Source: a bacterium
GTDB taxonomy: Bacteria > UBA8248
Assembly (NCBI GenBank): GCA_963692865.2
Contig: OY843592.1
Location: 1,920,001-1,984,000 of the forward strand
DNA: 64,000 nt
Reading direction: 5' to 3'
Shown: positions 22,035 through 33,244 of the stretch, piece after piece
Position numbering within the stretch: position 1 is the stretch's first letter
How the letters are laid out: each line of letters opens with the position of its first letter
Made by a program: the position numbers and the translations under genes
The notes under the pieces: generated by a model
What the model saw: the letters and a program-made list of their open reading frames with translations, nothing else
Told to the model about the DNA's origin: nothing
Databases searched by the model: none

Positions 22035-22230
22035 AGGCTTTTGATTCGGCGACTTGAATCGTCCGGGTTCTTGTGAGACATTCCATGCGCCGAGCGGTGG
22101 CGGACGCTGCGGCGGCGGAGCCGATCGGCGAATTAACCGAATAAAATCAAATGTTTGAAAATTCGGCCTCATCCGCCATGAGGCCGGCAGGGCCCCCCTC
22201 GATGAAAGGCGGGGCAATAGGAGTGTACCC

Positions 22231-23028
22231 GTGAACCCGATTACATTGAGAGAACTGCTGGAAGCCGGCGCCCACTTCGGGCACCAGACCATCCGATGGA
22301 ACCCCAAGATGCGCCCTTATATTTTCGGCGCGCGGAACGGGATTTACATCATCGACCTCCAAAAAACCCTCAAGTTGTTCAACGCGGCCCGCGAAGTGAT
22401 TCGCGACATCGCTGCGAAGGGCGGCAAGGTGCTTTTCGTAGGCACGAAACAACAGGCCCAGGAGATCGTGATGGAAGAGGCCCGCAACGTGGAGATGCCC
22501 TTCGTCACCCAGCGCTGGCTCGGCGGGACGCTGACGAACTTCTCGACCATCAAGAATTCCATTGCGCGCCTCCTCGATCTGGAATCAATGAAGAATGACG
22601 GCACCTTCGAGCTTCTGGCGAAAAAAGAGGCCGTCAGGCGCGAGAAGGACATGGCGCGGCTCGAGAAGTTCCTGGGCGGCATCAAGCATATGGACAAGCT
22701 GCCGCAGGCCATGTTCGTCATCGATACGGGTCATGAGTACAACGCCATTCGAGAGGCGAGGAAACTGGGTATTCCCGTCATCGCGGTGGTGGACACGAAT
22801 TCCGACCCCGACGGGGTGGATCACGTCTTGCCGGGCAATGACGACGCCTTGCGTTCGATTCGCTTTTTCGTGTCGCGGGTAGCGGAGGCCATCGCCGAGG
22901 GCGTCACCCTGCGCAAAGAGACGGGCGCCGAGGACGTCGAAGCCGTCGTCGCGTCGGGCGACACGGTGGCGGCGGAGATGATGGCGGCGGCCGCGGCAAG
23001 CGAAGCGGGAACGAAGGCGAAAGGGTGA
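22231..23028 (+). CDS. rpsB: 30S ribosomal protein S2
   Basis: [31 protein letters not shown]. Confidence 0.98.
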   Translation: MNPITLRELLEAGAHFGHQTIRWNPKMRPYIFGARNGIYIIDLQKTLKLFNAAREVIRDIAAKGGKVLFVGTKQQAQEIVMEEARNVEMPFVTQRWLGGTLTNFSTIKNSIARLLDLESMKNDGTFELLAKKEAVRREKDMARLEKFLGGIKHMDKLPQAMFVIDTGHEYNAIREARKLGIPVIAVVDTNSDPDGVDHVLPGNDDALRSIRFFVSRVAEAIAEGVTLRKETGAEDVEAVVASGDTVAAEMMAAAAASEAGTKAKG

Positions 23029-23077
23029 TCGTTACTTTTTTATCGACAGCCGGATTTTATGGGGAGAGGTTCAGGGC

Positions 23078-23947
23078 ATGGAAGTTACCGCTCAGATGGT
23101 CAAGGAGTTAAGAACCCGCACCGGTGCGGGCATCATGGATTGCAAGGAAGCCCTCAAGGAGAATGAGGGAGATTTTGAAGAGGCGGTGCGCTATTTGCGG
23201 GAAAAAGGGCTTTCCAGCGCCGCCAAGAAGGCGGGACGGGCGGCGAGCGAGGGTCAGATATACGCTTCTCTTGGAGAAGACGGTCGCATGGGCGCCATCG
23301 TCGAGGTGAATTGCGAGACCGATTTCGTGGCCCGCACGGAGGATTTTCAGGCGCTTCTCGAAACCGTCGCCGGCCACGTGAAGGGCAATGGAGGGGATGG
23401 CCTCGCCGAGGCGCTCAAAGAGGTGACCACGGAGTCCATCGCCAAACTGGGCGAGAACATCGTCCTCGCCCGCGGGGAGCGTCTCGCCTTGGGAGACGAT
23501 GGCTCGGGCAAGGTGGTTTCCTATATTCACCCGGGCGGGCGGATCGGCGTCTTGCTTGAGGTGGGCTGTGAAACGTGCCAGAAGGCGGGTGATGCCGCAT
23601 TTGCCGAAACCGCGCGCGATCTGGCGATGCACATCGCGGCGAGCAGCCCACAGTTCCTCTCCGAGGATCAGGTGCCGGAGGTGGTTCTCCAGAGCGAGCG
23701 CGAGATTCTTCTGGCCCAGCAAAAGGATTCCGGAAAGCCCGAGAACATTCTGGAGAAAATCGTCGAGGGGCGCATCAAGAAATACAAGAAAGAAATTTGC
23801 CTGCTCGATCAGCCGTTCGTCAAGGACCCCGACAAGACCGTTCAGGTCTATCTGAAAGACAGAAGCGCGGAATTGGGCGAGGAAATCCGGGTTTCTTCCT
23901 GGACTCGTTTTCAACTCGGTGAGCTTTCCGCGTCGGAGGAAGGGTAA
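23078..23947 (+). CDS. tsf: Elongation factor Ts
   Basis: [29 protein letters not shown]. Confidence 0.98.
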   Translation: MEVTAQMVKELRTRTGAGIMDCKEALKENEGDFEEAVRYLREKGLSSAAKKAGRAASEGQIYASLGEDGRMGAIVEVNCETDFVARTEDFQALLETVAGHVKGNGGDGLAEALKEVTTESIAKLGENIVLARGERLALGDDGSGKVVSYIHPGGRIGVLLEVGCETCQKAGDAAFAETARDLAMHIAASSPQFLSEDQVPEVVLQSEREILLAQQKDSGKPENILEKIVEGRIKKYKKEICLLDQPFVKDPDKTVQVYLKDRSAELGEEIRVSSWTRFQLGELSASEEG

Positions 23948-24003
23948 GCACCTCCGCCGCATCATTCGCACCGCCCGTTGTCATAGGCTTGAAATTTCTG
24001 GGG

Positions 24004-24738
24004 ATGTCCATGCACGGCGACCTGCGATTCAAGAGAATCCTGCTCAAACTCTCAGGCGAAGCCCTGGGGGGAGAACTCAAGTACGGGATCGACCACAACG
24101 TTGTTGACGACATAGCGCAGGAAATCAAAGAGATCCGCCAGATGGGAGTCGAAGTCACCATCGTGGTGGGCGGCGGGAACATTTTCCGGGGCGCCGCCGC
24201 CGCCGAGGCGGGAATGGAGCGCACCAACGCCGACTACATGGGCATGCTCGGCACGGTCATCAATGCGCTGGCCCTTCAACACGCGCTCGAAAAGGCGGAC
24301 CTCGCCACGCGCGTACAGAGCGCCATCCACATGGCGGAGTTGTGCGAACCCTACATCAGAAGGCGCGCGATACGCCACATGGAAAAGGGCCGGGTCGTCA
24401 TTTTCGCCGGCGGCACCGGGAATCCCTACTTCACGACGGACACCACAGCAAGCCTCAGGGCCATCGAGGTGGGCGCGGAGTGTATTCTCAAGGCCACGAA
24501 CGTGGACGGCGTCTTCTCCGCCGATCCGAATCGGGACGATACGGCCGAGTTCATCAATCAGTTGACGTATATCGAGGTGCTGAATCGCCAACTCGCCGTC
24601 ATGGACACCACCGCCGTCAGCTTGTGCATGGACAACAATTTGCCCATTATTGTCTTTAACCTGCTCAAGCCCGGCAACATCCGCCGCGTGGTGGAGGGCG
24701 AGCAGGTGGGGACTTTGGTGAAAGCAGCCGAGGCCTGA
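24004..24738 (+). CDS. pyrH: UMP kinase
   Basis: [28 protein letters not shown]. Confidence 0.98.
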   Translation: MSMHGDLRFKRILLKLSGEALGGELKYGIDHNVVDDIAQEIKEIRQMGVEVTIVVGGGNIFRGAAAAEAGMERTNADYMGMLGTVINALALQHALEKADLATRVQSAIHMAELCEPYIRRRAIRHMEKGRVVIFAGGTGNPYFTTDTTASLRAIEVGAECILKATNVDGVFSADPNRDDTAEFINQLTYIEVLNRQLAVMDTTAVSLCMDNNLPIIVFNLLKPGNIRRVVEGEQVGTLVKAAEA

Positions 24739-24836
24739 TGCAGCGCGTGTCGCGCCTGCCCGGATTCGGGACGCGCGGGGTTATCGCGAGGGTAGTGAAA
24801 TGACGATTTTGAACTTCCAACCGGGAGAGATGGTCG

Positions 24837-25391
24837 ATGGATGAGGTTCTTGCCGCGTTAAGGAAAAGAATGCAGGCCACGGTGGAATCATACAAGGCCG
24901 AAATAGCCCGCGTGCGAACCGGGCGCGCTTCCACGAATCTCATCAGTGGCGTGCTGGTTGACTACTATGGAACCTCCACGCCGCTGAATCAACTCGCCAC
25001 GCTGAACGTACCCGAGCCCCAACTCATCATCGTTCAGCCTTTCGACATCAACTCGTTGGGCGACATCGAAAAGGCGATTCAATCGGCCGAATTGGGCCTG
25101 AACCCCTCGAACGACGGCAAGATCATCCGCGTGCCGGTGCCGGCGCTCACCGAGGAACGCCGCAGGGAGATGGTGAAACTGCTCAAGAAAATGACCGAGG
25201 AGCACAAGGTCGCGCTTCGCAACATTCGACGCGACGGCAACGATGACATGAAAAACCTCGAGAAGAGCAAAGAGATTACCGAAGATGACCTCAGGAAAGG
25301 ACAGGGAGATGTCCAGAAGCTGACGGATCAGTTCGTCTCCGATTTGGATGACTTGCTTTCAGCCAAAGAGAAAGAGATTCTGGAGGTCTAG
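24837..25391 (+). CDS. frr: Ribosome recycling factor
   Basis: RTGRAS, YYG..TPLNQ, PALTEERR. Confidence 0.98.
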   Translation: MDEVLAALRKRMQATVESYKAEIARVRTGRASTNLISGVLVDYYGTSTPLNQLATLNVPEPQLIIVQPFDINSLGDIEKAIQSAELGLNPSNDGKIIRVPVPALTEERRREMVKLLKKMTEEHKVALRNIRRDGNDDMKNLEKSKEITEDDLRKGQGDVQKLTDQFVSDLDDLLSAKEKEILEV

Positions 25392-25409
25392 TTTTTCACC
25401 GGAGCGCGT

Positions 25410-26168
25410 ATGGAATCTCGCATCGACCTACGCATCGATCTTGAACGGCTCCCCCGCCATATCGGCATTATTATGGATGGCAACGGCCGTTGGGCCCAGA
25501 AGCGGTTTCTTCCCAGGGTCGCCGGCCACCGCGAGGGCGTGAAGTCGGTCGACAAGGTGGTGGCGCATGCGCGCCGCATCGGCGTCAAGGCCCTCACGCT
25601 GTACAGCTTTTCCCTGGAGAACTGGAACAGACCCAAAGACGAAGTGGACGCGCTCATGGACATTCTGGCGGATTATCTCGAGCGCGAACTTCAGAGGATG
25701 CTCAGAGAAGGCATCCGTTTCAATATGATTGGGCACGAAGAGGACTTGCCCTTGTTTGCGCGTGAGATCGTTCAGCGCGTGAAGGAGCAAACGGCAGGTC
25801 AGGACGGAATGGTCTTGACCCTGGCGCTGAGTTACGGAGCGCGGCGCGAAATCACCGACGCGGCGAGGGCCATATCCAGGGAAGTTCAAAAGGGAATTCT
25901 TCAACCCGAGGAAATCGATGAAAGTGACATTGAGCGTCACCTATATACGGCGGATTTGCCAAAGCTTGATCTCCTGATTCGAACCAGCGGCGAACTGAGG
26001 CTCTCGAACTATCTGCTCTGGCAAGCGGCGTATGCGGAGTTGTATTTCACCGATATCAAATGGCCGGAATTCGGAGAACGCGAACTCGAAGACGCCATTC
26101 TTGCTTATCAGTCCCGGGTGCGGAAATTCGGTCTCACCGAGGAGCAGTTCACGACTCGGGGAAACTAG
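25410..26168 (+). CDS. uppS: Undecaprenyl diphosphate synthase
   Basis: HIGIIMDGNGRWA, FSLENWNRP, IRTSGELRLSNY. Confidence 0.97.
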   Translation: MESRIDLRIDLERLPRHIGIIMDGNGRWAQKRFLPRVAGHREGVKSVDKVVAHARRIGVKALTLYSFSLENWNRPKDEVDALMDILADYLERELQRMLREGIRFNMIGHEEDLPLFAREIVQRVKEQTAGQDGMVLTLALSYGARREITDAARAISREVQKGILQPEEIDESDIERHLYTADLPKLDLLIRTSGELRLSNYLLWQAAYAELYFTDIKWPEFGERELEDAILAYQSRVRKFGLTEEQFTTRGN

Positions 26169-26171
26169 GTC

Positions 26172-26963
26172 TTGACCCGCCTCCTCAGCGCCCTGGTGCT
26201 TGCGGCGCCCATTCTCGGCGTTTTGTTTTTCACCTCCTCAGTCGTATTTCTCTGTGTGGTGTTTATACTCGTTTTTCGCGCGGGGTGGGAATTTCAAACC
26301 CTGATCAACCTTTGCGGCTGGCGCGTGAGAGCATGGGAAGGAGCTCTGGATGCCTGTGCATTTGTGCTCGCCCTTTGGGTGGGCGGCGTTTTGCCGGCAT
26401 TGGTCCTGGCTATCATTCTGCTTCGTGTCTTCCTCAAGGCGTTTTCGAGAGAGACTTTCCGGGAGAGCCTTTCCTTGACGAGCGTATCGCTTCTCGGTGT
26501 GATTTGGGTGGGCGGCGCCGGTGGCTTGATCGCGCTCATCAGAACTTTCCCGGGTGGTATGGAGGCCACTTTCTTTTTGTTGGTCGTTGTCTGGGCGAAC
26601 GATATCGCGGCGATGTTCACCGGCAAGACGCTGGGAGAAAGAAAATTGGCGCCTAAAATCAGCCCCGGAAAAACGGTGGAAGGGGCAATCGGAGGAATCA
26701 TCGCTGGTATCCTCGTGGGCGTCCTCACGACGTTCTACGTGGATGTTCCCGGAATTGACCCGTGGCTCGCGATTCCTGTTTCGGTATGTATCGGGCTATT
26801 CGCGCTGATGGGGGATTTGGGTGAATCGATCTTAAAGCGAGCGGCCGGGGAGAAAGACGCGTCCGACATCATCCCGGGCCACGGGGGGCTGCTCGATAGA
26901 ATTGATGGTTTGCTCGTGGCGGGTCCTGCGTTTTACTGTTACTTGTACTGGGTACGGTTCTAA
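26172..26963 (+). CDS. cdsA: Phosphatidate cytidylyltransferase
   Basis: ISPGKTVEG, GDLGESILKR, PGHGGLLDRID. Confidence 0.96.
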   Translation: MTRLLSALVLAAPILGVLFFTSSVVFLCVVFILVFRAGWEFQTLINLCGWRVRAWEGALDACAFVLALWVGGVLPALVLAIILLRVFLKAFSRETFRESLSLTSVSLLGVIWVGGAGGLIALIRTFPGGMEATFFLLVVVWANDIAAMFTGKTLGERKLAPKISPGKTVEGAIGGIIAGILVGVLTTFYVDVPGIDPWLAIPVSVCIGLFALMGDLGESILKRAAGEKDASDIIPGHGGLLDRIDGLLVAGPAFYCYLYWVRF

Positions 26964-26980
26964 GTCGCCGCGAATCGGGA

Positions 26981-28162
26981 GTGAGCCGGAAAATGGAGCC
27001 GCGAAAAATCGCCATATTGGGCTCTACGGGCAGCATCGGAGTAAATGCCCTCGATGTCGTGGCGCAATTTCCCGAAAAAATTGATGTGGTGGCGCTTGCC
27101 GCCGGAAAAAATTGGAAGCGGCTCGTGGAGCAGGCGAGGCGGTTTCGGCCTGATATTGTATCCGTCGCCGAAGAGGCGGACGCGGCGCGTATTCAGGATG
27201 CGCTCCATCCCGAGACCAGGGTGCTTTCGGGTGAGGAAGGTTTGCGGGAGGTAGCAGCGGGTGCGGGTGCGAGCCTGGTGGTCTCCGCGTTGGTTGGCGC
27301 GGCGGGACTCCCGCCGACGCTGGCCGCCATCGATGCAGGCGCCTGGATCGCGCTTGCAAACAAAGAAGTACTCGTCATGGCGGGAGAGTTGGTCACGTCG
27401 CGCGTTTCGGAACGGGAAGTCGAACTGCTCCCCGTAGACAGCGAGCATGCGGGCGTGGCGCAAGCGCTGGCCGACAGGCCGCAGTCCCAGGTGGAGCGGA
27501 TTGTGCTGACGGCGTCGGGCGGCCCTTTTCGGAACCATTCGATTGAGGCGATGAAGAATGTGTCCTTGGAAGAGGCGTTGAACCACCCGAACTGGAAGAT
27601 GGGGCCGAAGATTACGATTGATTCCGCGTCCATGATGAACAAGGGCCTTGAAATCATCGAGGCCAGGTGGCTGTTCGGTTTCAGACCCGAGCAAGTGGAC
27701 GTGCTGGTTCACCCGCAGAGCATCGTGCACGCCATGGTGGAGTTCGTGGACGGAAGCTACGTAGCGCAAATGAGCATGCCCGACATGCGGATTCCCATCG
27801 CGCAGGCCATTTTCTCTCCGGAGAGGTTGCCCATCGAAGCGCCTAGGCTCGATTTAGCGCAGGTCGGCTCCCTTACATTTGAAGCGCCGGATCCGAATCG
27901 TTTTCCATGTCTCGTTCATGCGAAAGATGCGCTTCGCGAAGGAGGGACGGCGCCCGCCGTCCTCAACGCGGCGAACGAGGTGGCCGTCGCCTCGTTTTTG
28001 TCGGGCGCGTCGCAATTTATGGATATTCCCGGTGTGGTGGGGGCTACGTTGGAAGCGCACGAGAAGATGGAGGCGACCGAACTGGAGACGATCCTGGAGG
28101 CGGACCGCTGGGCGAGAGAGTACGCCTCCGCCCGACTGAACGGAACCGCCGCAAGCCGCTGA
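26981..28162 (+). CDS. dxr: 1-deoxy-D-xylulose-5-phosphate reductoisomerase
   Basis: LGSTGSIG, LANKE, PVDSEH, HPNWKMGPKITIDSA. Confidence 0.97.
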   Translation: MSRKMEPRKIAILGSTGSIGVNALDVVAQFPEKIDVVALAAGKNWKRLVEQARRFRPDIVSVAEEADAARIQDALHPETRVLSGEEGLREVAAGAGASLVVSALVGAAGLPPTLAAIDAGAWIALANKEVLVMAGELVTSRVSEREVELLPVDSEHAGVAQALADRPQSQVERIVLTASGGPFRNHSIEAMKNVSLEEALNHPNWKMGPKITIDSASMMNKGLEIIEARWLFGFRPEQVDVLVHPQSIVHAMVEFVDGSYVAQMSMPDMRIPIAQAIFSPERLPIEAPRLDLAQVGSLTFEAPDPNRFPCLVHAKDALREGGTAPAVLNAANEVAVASFLSGASQFMDIPGVVGATLEAHEKMEATELETILEADRWAREYASARLNGTAASR

Positions 28163-28166
28163 GTCA

Positions 28167-28637
28167 ATGAGCCACCGAGACGAGTGCGAGGCCTTGCCCC
28201 GGCTTGTCGCTACGTTGGGCGGCCTTGGGCTGGTTCCTCTGGCCCCCGGTACGGTCGCTTCTTTCATCGCCGTTCCGGCGTATTTTCTGCTCTATCAGAT
28301 CAACGCCTATGTTCCCCTCTTGATTTTGATTTTCCTGATACCCATCGCCATATGGGGCTCCGGCAAGTATGAAGCGAGCACGAATCGACGAGATCCACCG
28401 GAAATCGTCGTGGATGAATGGGTGGGCCAGTTCATCTGCTTCATCGGGGTCGAGCCGAGCCCAAGCGCTTTGGCGGCGGGCTTTTTCCTTTTTCGTATTT
28501 TTGACATTATCAAGTTGCCGCCGGTTCGTCGTCTGGAAAGGCTCTCTGGCGGCGTGGGCGTCGTGGCGGACGACATCGCCGCGGGAATCATCGGCTGGGC
28601 AATCTTGTTCGTTCTGTCGCAATGGGGAGTCGTCTGA
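28167..28637 (+). CDS. pgpA: Phosphatidylglycerophosphatase A
   Basis: APGT, DPPEIVVDEWVG, FRIFDIIK, DDIAAG. Confidence 0.93.
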   Translation: MSHRDECEALPRLVATLGGLGLVPLAPGTVASFIAVPAYFLLYQINAYVPLLILIFLIPIAIWGSGKYEASTNRRDPPEIVVDEWVGQFICFIGVEPSPSALAAGFFLFRIFDIIKLPPVRRLERLSGGVGVVADDIAAGIIGWAILFVLSQWGVV

Positions 28638-28657
28638 CTTCGGGGGAGCAAAGAGGA

Positions 28658-29149
28658 ATGGCGGAGTCCGTAGAAGAGTGGCTTGGGGCGTATCTAAGTG
28701 ATAAGGGCTGGCGCATCGCCACGGCGGAGAGCTGCACGGGCGGCCTCATCGCCAGCCGCATCACGGATGTTTCCGGCAGTTCCGCTTATTTCGAGCAGGG
28801 CTTCGTCACCTACAGCAACGAGGCGAAAATGGCGCTTCTGGGCGTTTCAAAAGATATCGTGGCGACCGAGGGCGGACCGGGAGCGGTGAGCGAAGCCTGC
28901 GCGCGCGCGATGGCGCAGGGCGTTCGCGCAGCGGCGGGGAGCGAAGTCGGACTCTCCGTCACGGGCATCGCCGGTCCCACGGGTGGCAGCGCCGGGAAGC
29001 CGGTGGGCACGGTGTACATGTCCGTCGCCACGCCTTCGGGCGCCATCTGCCGGCATCACCTGTTCGAGGGTTCCCGTCTGGAGGTCAAGGCCCAGGCGGC
29101 GCAAGCCGCGCTCGATATGGCGCGTGATGCCCTGGAGGCGTCGGACTGA
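28658..29149 (+). CDS. cinA: CinA C-terminal domain protein (NMN deamidase PncC-like)
   Basis: TAESCTGG, GSSAYF, TGIAGPTGG, KPVGTV. Confidence 0.92.
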   Translation: MAESVEEWLGAYLSDKGWRIATAESCTGGLIASRITDVSGSSAYFEQGFVTYSNEAKMALLGVSKDIVATEGGPGAVSEACARAMAQGVRAAAGSEVGLSVTGIAGPTGGSAGKPVGTVYMSVATPSGAICRHHLFEGSRLEVKAQAAQAALDMARDALEASD

Positions 29150-29239
29150 CGATACGGATACGCGAGAGTGCGCATTCCCTCATGAACGGGCATTCTCATG
29201 CTTCGGGAGATGTCGTCGGCCCTGCGAAGGAGATTCTCC

Positions 29240-29815
29240 ATGCGCGCGTTTTTGGCGATTCCATTCAGCCCGGATGAGCACAAAATGCTGGAATCGCTTC
29301 AAGAATCGCTCGCCACCATGCCGGCTCTTGATGATTTCCGCTGGGCGAGGCCCGAGAACATTCACATCACCCTGCGATTTCTGGGTGATATTGAAGAGGA
29401 ACAGTCCGAAGCCGCCGCAGAGGCGCTGCGCCGAGCGGGCGAGGGCGCGCCCGCTTTCGATATTTCCATAGATCGCTTCGGCGTCTTTCCGCATCTCAAG
29501 CGCCCCAACGTGCTCTGGGCGGGTCCCTCGGAAACGCCGGAACCTCTGGCGGAATTCGAGGCGAATCTTTCTCGTCATCTTTCCGAAGCGGGGTTTTCCT
29601 GCAGAGAGGGCGCTTTCCGCCCGCATTTAACAATTGCGAGGCGCCGGCCCCGCGACCGTCCACTGGCAGGACTCGAAGGAGAGCTTGAAGTCGCCGAGCA
29701 GCGATGGCTGAAGCCCCCTCTCGTCTGCCGCGCGCGCGAGGCGGTTTTGTTCAGAAGCGAGCTCAATCCCTCGGGGGCCATACACACCGCGCTGGAAAGA
29801 GTGACGCTTGTCTAG
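29240..29815 (+). CDS. thpR: RNA 2',3'-cyclic phosphodiesterase
   Basis: Two HxT motifs (HITLRFLG, PHLTIAR). Confidence 0.92.
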   Translation: MRAFLAIPFSPDEHKMLESLQESLATMPALDDFRWARPENIHITLRFLGDIEEEQSEAAAEALRRAGEGAPAFDISIDRFGVFPHLKRPNVLWAGPSETPEPLAEFEANLSRHLSEAGFSCREGAFRPHLTIARRRPRDRPLAGLEGELEVAEQRWLKPPLVCRAREAVLFRSELNPSGAIHTALERVTLV

Positions 29816-30254
29816 GCAACGCCAGGATCATCGATTTCGCAGTGTCCGGTACGGCGCGGAGATTTGGGTGCTGAAAATTCGCTCGCCTGTGTGAAGTCTT
29901 CCACTGTGGAGTGGAAGGGGGACCTCAACGATGCAAAAAGTCTGCTGCGCGAACGTCTTTTGCTCATAAATTAGCCTGTTTCGCTCTGTTTTCTTGAGAA
30001 AATGAACTTTCTTGAATATGTTTTCGCTTTTTATACTTGATTCTGAACATATTTTCGCGTATGTTTAGCGAAAATTAACCGCCGCTGCCGTTGGGGATTA
30101 TGGATAGACAAGAGGATGGGGTTTTCTCAACGGAGGCCCTTTTGTGAGTGACGGCGTTTGCCGTATTGCGGAAAACGGGTCGATACCCTACATTCAACCT
30201 ATGTCCGCCATCGCCCGAACCGGTGCGCATTCCTCCATCCAAGGGAGTTTTCCG

Positions 30255-31349
30255 ATGAACCTCAAGAACGGGTCACCCTCCGAGAAATCCGAGAACCCGC
30301 AAGGGCGTGAGCGCCGCGAGAAGGCGCTGGACATGGCTTTCAACCAGATCAACCGCCAATTCGGCAAAGGCTCCATCATGCGCCTGGGCGAAGGGCCGGG
30401 CGTGGAGGCGATTCCGGCCATTTCTACGGGTTCGGTATCGCTCGACGCCGCCTTGGGCTGCGGCGGCGTGCCGCGCGGGCGCATCGTGGAGATTTTCGGG
30501 CCCGAGTCCTCGGGCAAGACGACCATCGCGCTGCAAATTATCGCGCAGGTACAGCGGGGCGGCGGAATGGCCGCCTTCGTGGACGCGGAGCACGCGCTGG
30601 ATCCGCTTTACGCCAAGGCGCTCGGGGTGCAGACGGACAACCTCATCGTCTCCCAGCCCGACACGGGCGAGCAGGCCCTGGAGATCGCCGAGATTCTGAC
30701 GAGCAGCGGCTCGCTCGACGTGGTCGTCATCGACTCCGTGGCCGCTCTGGTGCCCAAGGCGGAACTCGAAGGAGACATGGGGGATCACCACGTCGGCCTC
30801 CAGGCGCGGCTCATGAGCCAGGCGCTCCGCAAGCTCACGGGCGTGGTGCACCGCAGCAATACGTGCTTTATCTTCATCAACCAGATTCGCATGAAGATCG
30901 GCGTGATGTTCGGCAACCCGGAAACGACTTCGGGCGGAAACGCGCTCAAATTCTACTCCTCCGTGCGCCTGGACATCCGGCGAATCGCCTCCATCAAGGA
31001 AGGCGAGAACAACGTGGGAAACAGGACGCGGGTGCGCGTGGTGAAGAACAAGCTCGCGCCTCCGTTCCGCACGGCGGAGTTCGACATCATGTTCGGGCGC
31101 GGCGTCTCCAGAGAAGGCGACGTGCTCGATTTGGCGGTCGAGAAAGGCATCGTCGCCAAGACGGGGGCGTGGTATTCCTACGGCGAGGAGCGCATCGGCC
31201 AGGGGCGCGAGAACGTCAAGCGTTTCTTGAGCGAGAACGCGGATCTGTTTGCGGAAATCGACGCCCAGGTGCGCGCCGCCGTCGGAATCGGCGCGCCGAA
31301 AGCGGCGCCGAAGACCGAAGAGGCGCCCCGGGCGGCGGCGCCGAAATAG
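30255..31349 (+). CDS. recA: Recombinase RecA
   Basis: [36 protein letters not shown]. Confidence 0.99.
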   Translation: MNLKNGSPSEKSENPQGRERREKALDMAFNQINRQFGKGSIMRLGEGPGVEAIPAISTGSVSLDAALGCGGVPRGRIVEIFGPESSGKTTIALQIIAQVQRGGGMAAFVDAEHALDPLYAKALGVQTDNLIVSQPDTGEQALEIAEILTSSGSLDVVVIDSVAALVPKAELEGDMGDHHVGLQARLMSQALRKLTGVVHRSNTCFIFINQIRMKIGVMFGNPETTSGGNALKFYSSVRLDIRRIASIKEGENNVGNRTRVRVVKNKLAPPFRTAEFDIMFGRGVSREGDVLDLAVEKGIVAKTGAWYSYGEERIGQGRENVKRFLSENADLFAEIDAQVRAAVGIGAPKAAPKTEEAPRAAAPK

Positions 31350-31799
31350 GGCCTGAAACGGCGTAACCTAATAAGTATCAAATATATAAGCTTTCGGAAA
31401 TTTATCGAAAAACGTCGTGAATTTATACGATTTTATCCATATTTTCAGGAATTCGAAGCCGGGTATTTCCGCTCTGCGCCGGGGATGTCCCATCGTTTCG
31501 ACATCCTCGTTTCCGTCGTCCTGTCACCGCGCCGCATGAGTCCACGAGAACGCCTCCTCGCGGCGGATTCTGCCGCGTCCCGGGAGCGGACCGATAACGG
31601 CAAATGCGGGCAAATGCGCGCCGCTCCGGGGCGGGGGAGAAAGAGAGGGCGTTTGGAAGTGGGAGAGTGCGCGTCCGATCGGCAAGCGCCTTGGCTCTTT
31701 TTTTGCTTCCGCGAAAGCGTAATCCCTCATTTTCCTCGGGACGTTCATCCTCCGGCAGGGATAACCATTCCCCATTTGTTCGGGGCAATCTCTCTCCTT

Positions 31800-32528
31800 G
31801 GGCTGTTGAAAAACCCCTCTCTGCCTCATCCTGAGTAGCGGCGAAGCCGCGTATCGAAGGATGCCCTCTCGCTCCGGCGCAAGGCGTTCGACTCCCCTCG
31901 CCCTTCGATATGCCGCCTTCGGCGGCTACTCAGGGTGAGGAAAGAGGCGTTGGCGGTTCGCAGGGGTCGCAGACGGGGGTTTTGCAACAGCCCCTCGTCA
32001 GGGGTCAATTTCGAGCGATGAGCGAGAAATTGCGGGCCGATGTGTTTCTCATCCATGGCTTATGCAAACGCTCGTTCCTCGGGGCTGTTGAAAAACCCTG
32101 TTCCGGGGTCGGGCGGACACACGGGTCCGCCCCTACGTTTCGTTTCGCAGAGGTTGGCAGGTGGCGGCTCCTCCCTCTTTGGTCGGAACCGACTCCTCGG
32201 GAGCGCCCCACGCATATCATGCGACCCGTATTGTGAAGGCGAAAAGGCAGGGCCGCATGATATGTCAGACATATATGTCTGACATACGGTGAGATCCCGA
32301 CCGGCCCGCAAGGGCTTTTTCAACAGCCCCTCCTCACTCGCGTTTGACCCCTGACGAGGGGGATAGGGGGGGGCGCCTTTACGGGGCGGCGCTCCGGATA
32401 AGACCACCGCGCAACCCGCCGGACGCCCCCTGCGAAACAAGGCTTTTCAACGACCCCCTCAAGGGGGGAGTGAAATTCAAAAGTGTGCGCGCAACCCAAA
32501 ATCGCTTCCTGGACTTTTTCAACAACCC
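31800..32528. mobile_element. TIR-bounded composite non-autonomous cassette A with REP-like cargo
   Basis: Left TIR GGGCTGTTGAAAAA at 31800, right TIR ending 32528, flanking direct repeat CTCCTT (31794-31799 / 32529-32534); internal TIR copies at 31976, 32081, 32311 and 32441. Confidence 0.75.
31824..31940. repeat. Inverted REP-like doublet (CCTCATCCTGAGTAGC...GCTACTCAGGGTGAGG)
   Basis: Two ~38-nt arms that are reverse complements, each with an internal GCGGC-GAA-GCCGC type hairpin. Confidence 0.8.
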
Positions 32529-32644
32529 CTCCTTAATCGAGATTGATCCCGAGAATTTGCTTCCCCGCTCCGGATGGGTTACATGATGAAAAACCGGCTC
32601 GGCGGTCGAGCCGGCTTCGCGTCCGTTTCATTCGGGAATCTCCG

Positions 32645-33154
32645 ATGGCCGTCCTGGAAATCCTCAAGTATCCGGCCCCCGCCCTTCGCCGGAAGTGCCC
32701 GCCCGTCGAGCGCGTCACGGAGCGGACCGGGGAACTCGCGCGCGCGATGCTCGCCACCCTGCACGATGCGCCCGGCGTCGGCCTCGCCGCCCCCCAGGTG
32801 GGGGAGAGCGTCCGGCTCATCGTGGTGGACGTCTCGGTCGGAAAAGACCCCAAGCAGGTCCATTTCCTCGTCAACCCCGAGATCGAGAGCGCGGACGGCG
32901 AGCGGGTCGTGGAGGAGGCCTGCCTCTCGCTGCCGGGCGTGAGCGAGAAAATCCGCCGCCACGAGTCGGTGCGCGTGCGCGCGCTGAACCTGGAGGGCGA
33001 GGAAGTAATTCTCGACGCGCGCGAGGTTCTCGCCTTCGTCCTCCAGCATGAAATCGACCATCTGGACGGAAAACTCATCCTGGACCGCCTCAACAAGACG
33101 AAGCGCGAGCTCGTGAAGCGCCGCCTCAAGAAACAGGCCAGGGCCGCCTCTTAG
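32645..33154 (+). CDS. def: Peptide deformylase
   Basis: GVGLAAPQVG, EACLS, QHEIDHLDG. Confidence 0.96.
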   Translation: MAVLEILKYPAPALRRKCPPVERVTERTGELARAMLATLHDAPGVGLAAPQVGESVRLIVVDVSVGKDPKQVHFLVNPEIESADGERVVEEACLSLPGVSEKIRRHESVRVRALNLEGEEVILDAREVLAFVLQHEIDHLDGKLILDRLNKTKRELVKRRLKKQARAAS

Positions 33155-33244
33155 AAAACCCCGTTTCGCCCGTGCTATATTTTCACGGCTGGTTCTCGCG
33201 CGGTCTCAAGAGTGGTCGATGCGCGTTTTTCCCGGGAGGAATCC

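Noticed and set aside
22035-22230. rpsB autoregulatory leader
   Set aside because: A hairpin and a TAACC motif are present, but the consensus cannot be confirmed by eye
28167-31349. thpR-cinA-recA as a novel RNA-repair system
   Set aside because: pgpA-cinA-thpR-recA is a common conserved gene order
31423-32586. Short ORFs in the repeat patchworks (also 38701-39519, 44737-44922, 51201-51875)
   Set aside because: Translations of palindromic repeats with no RBS or domain support
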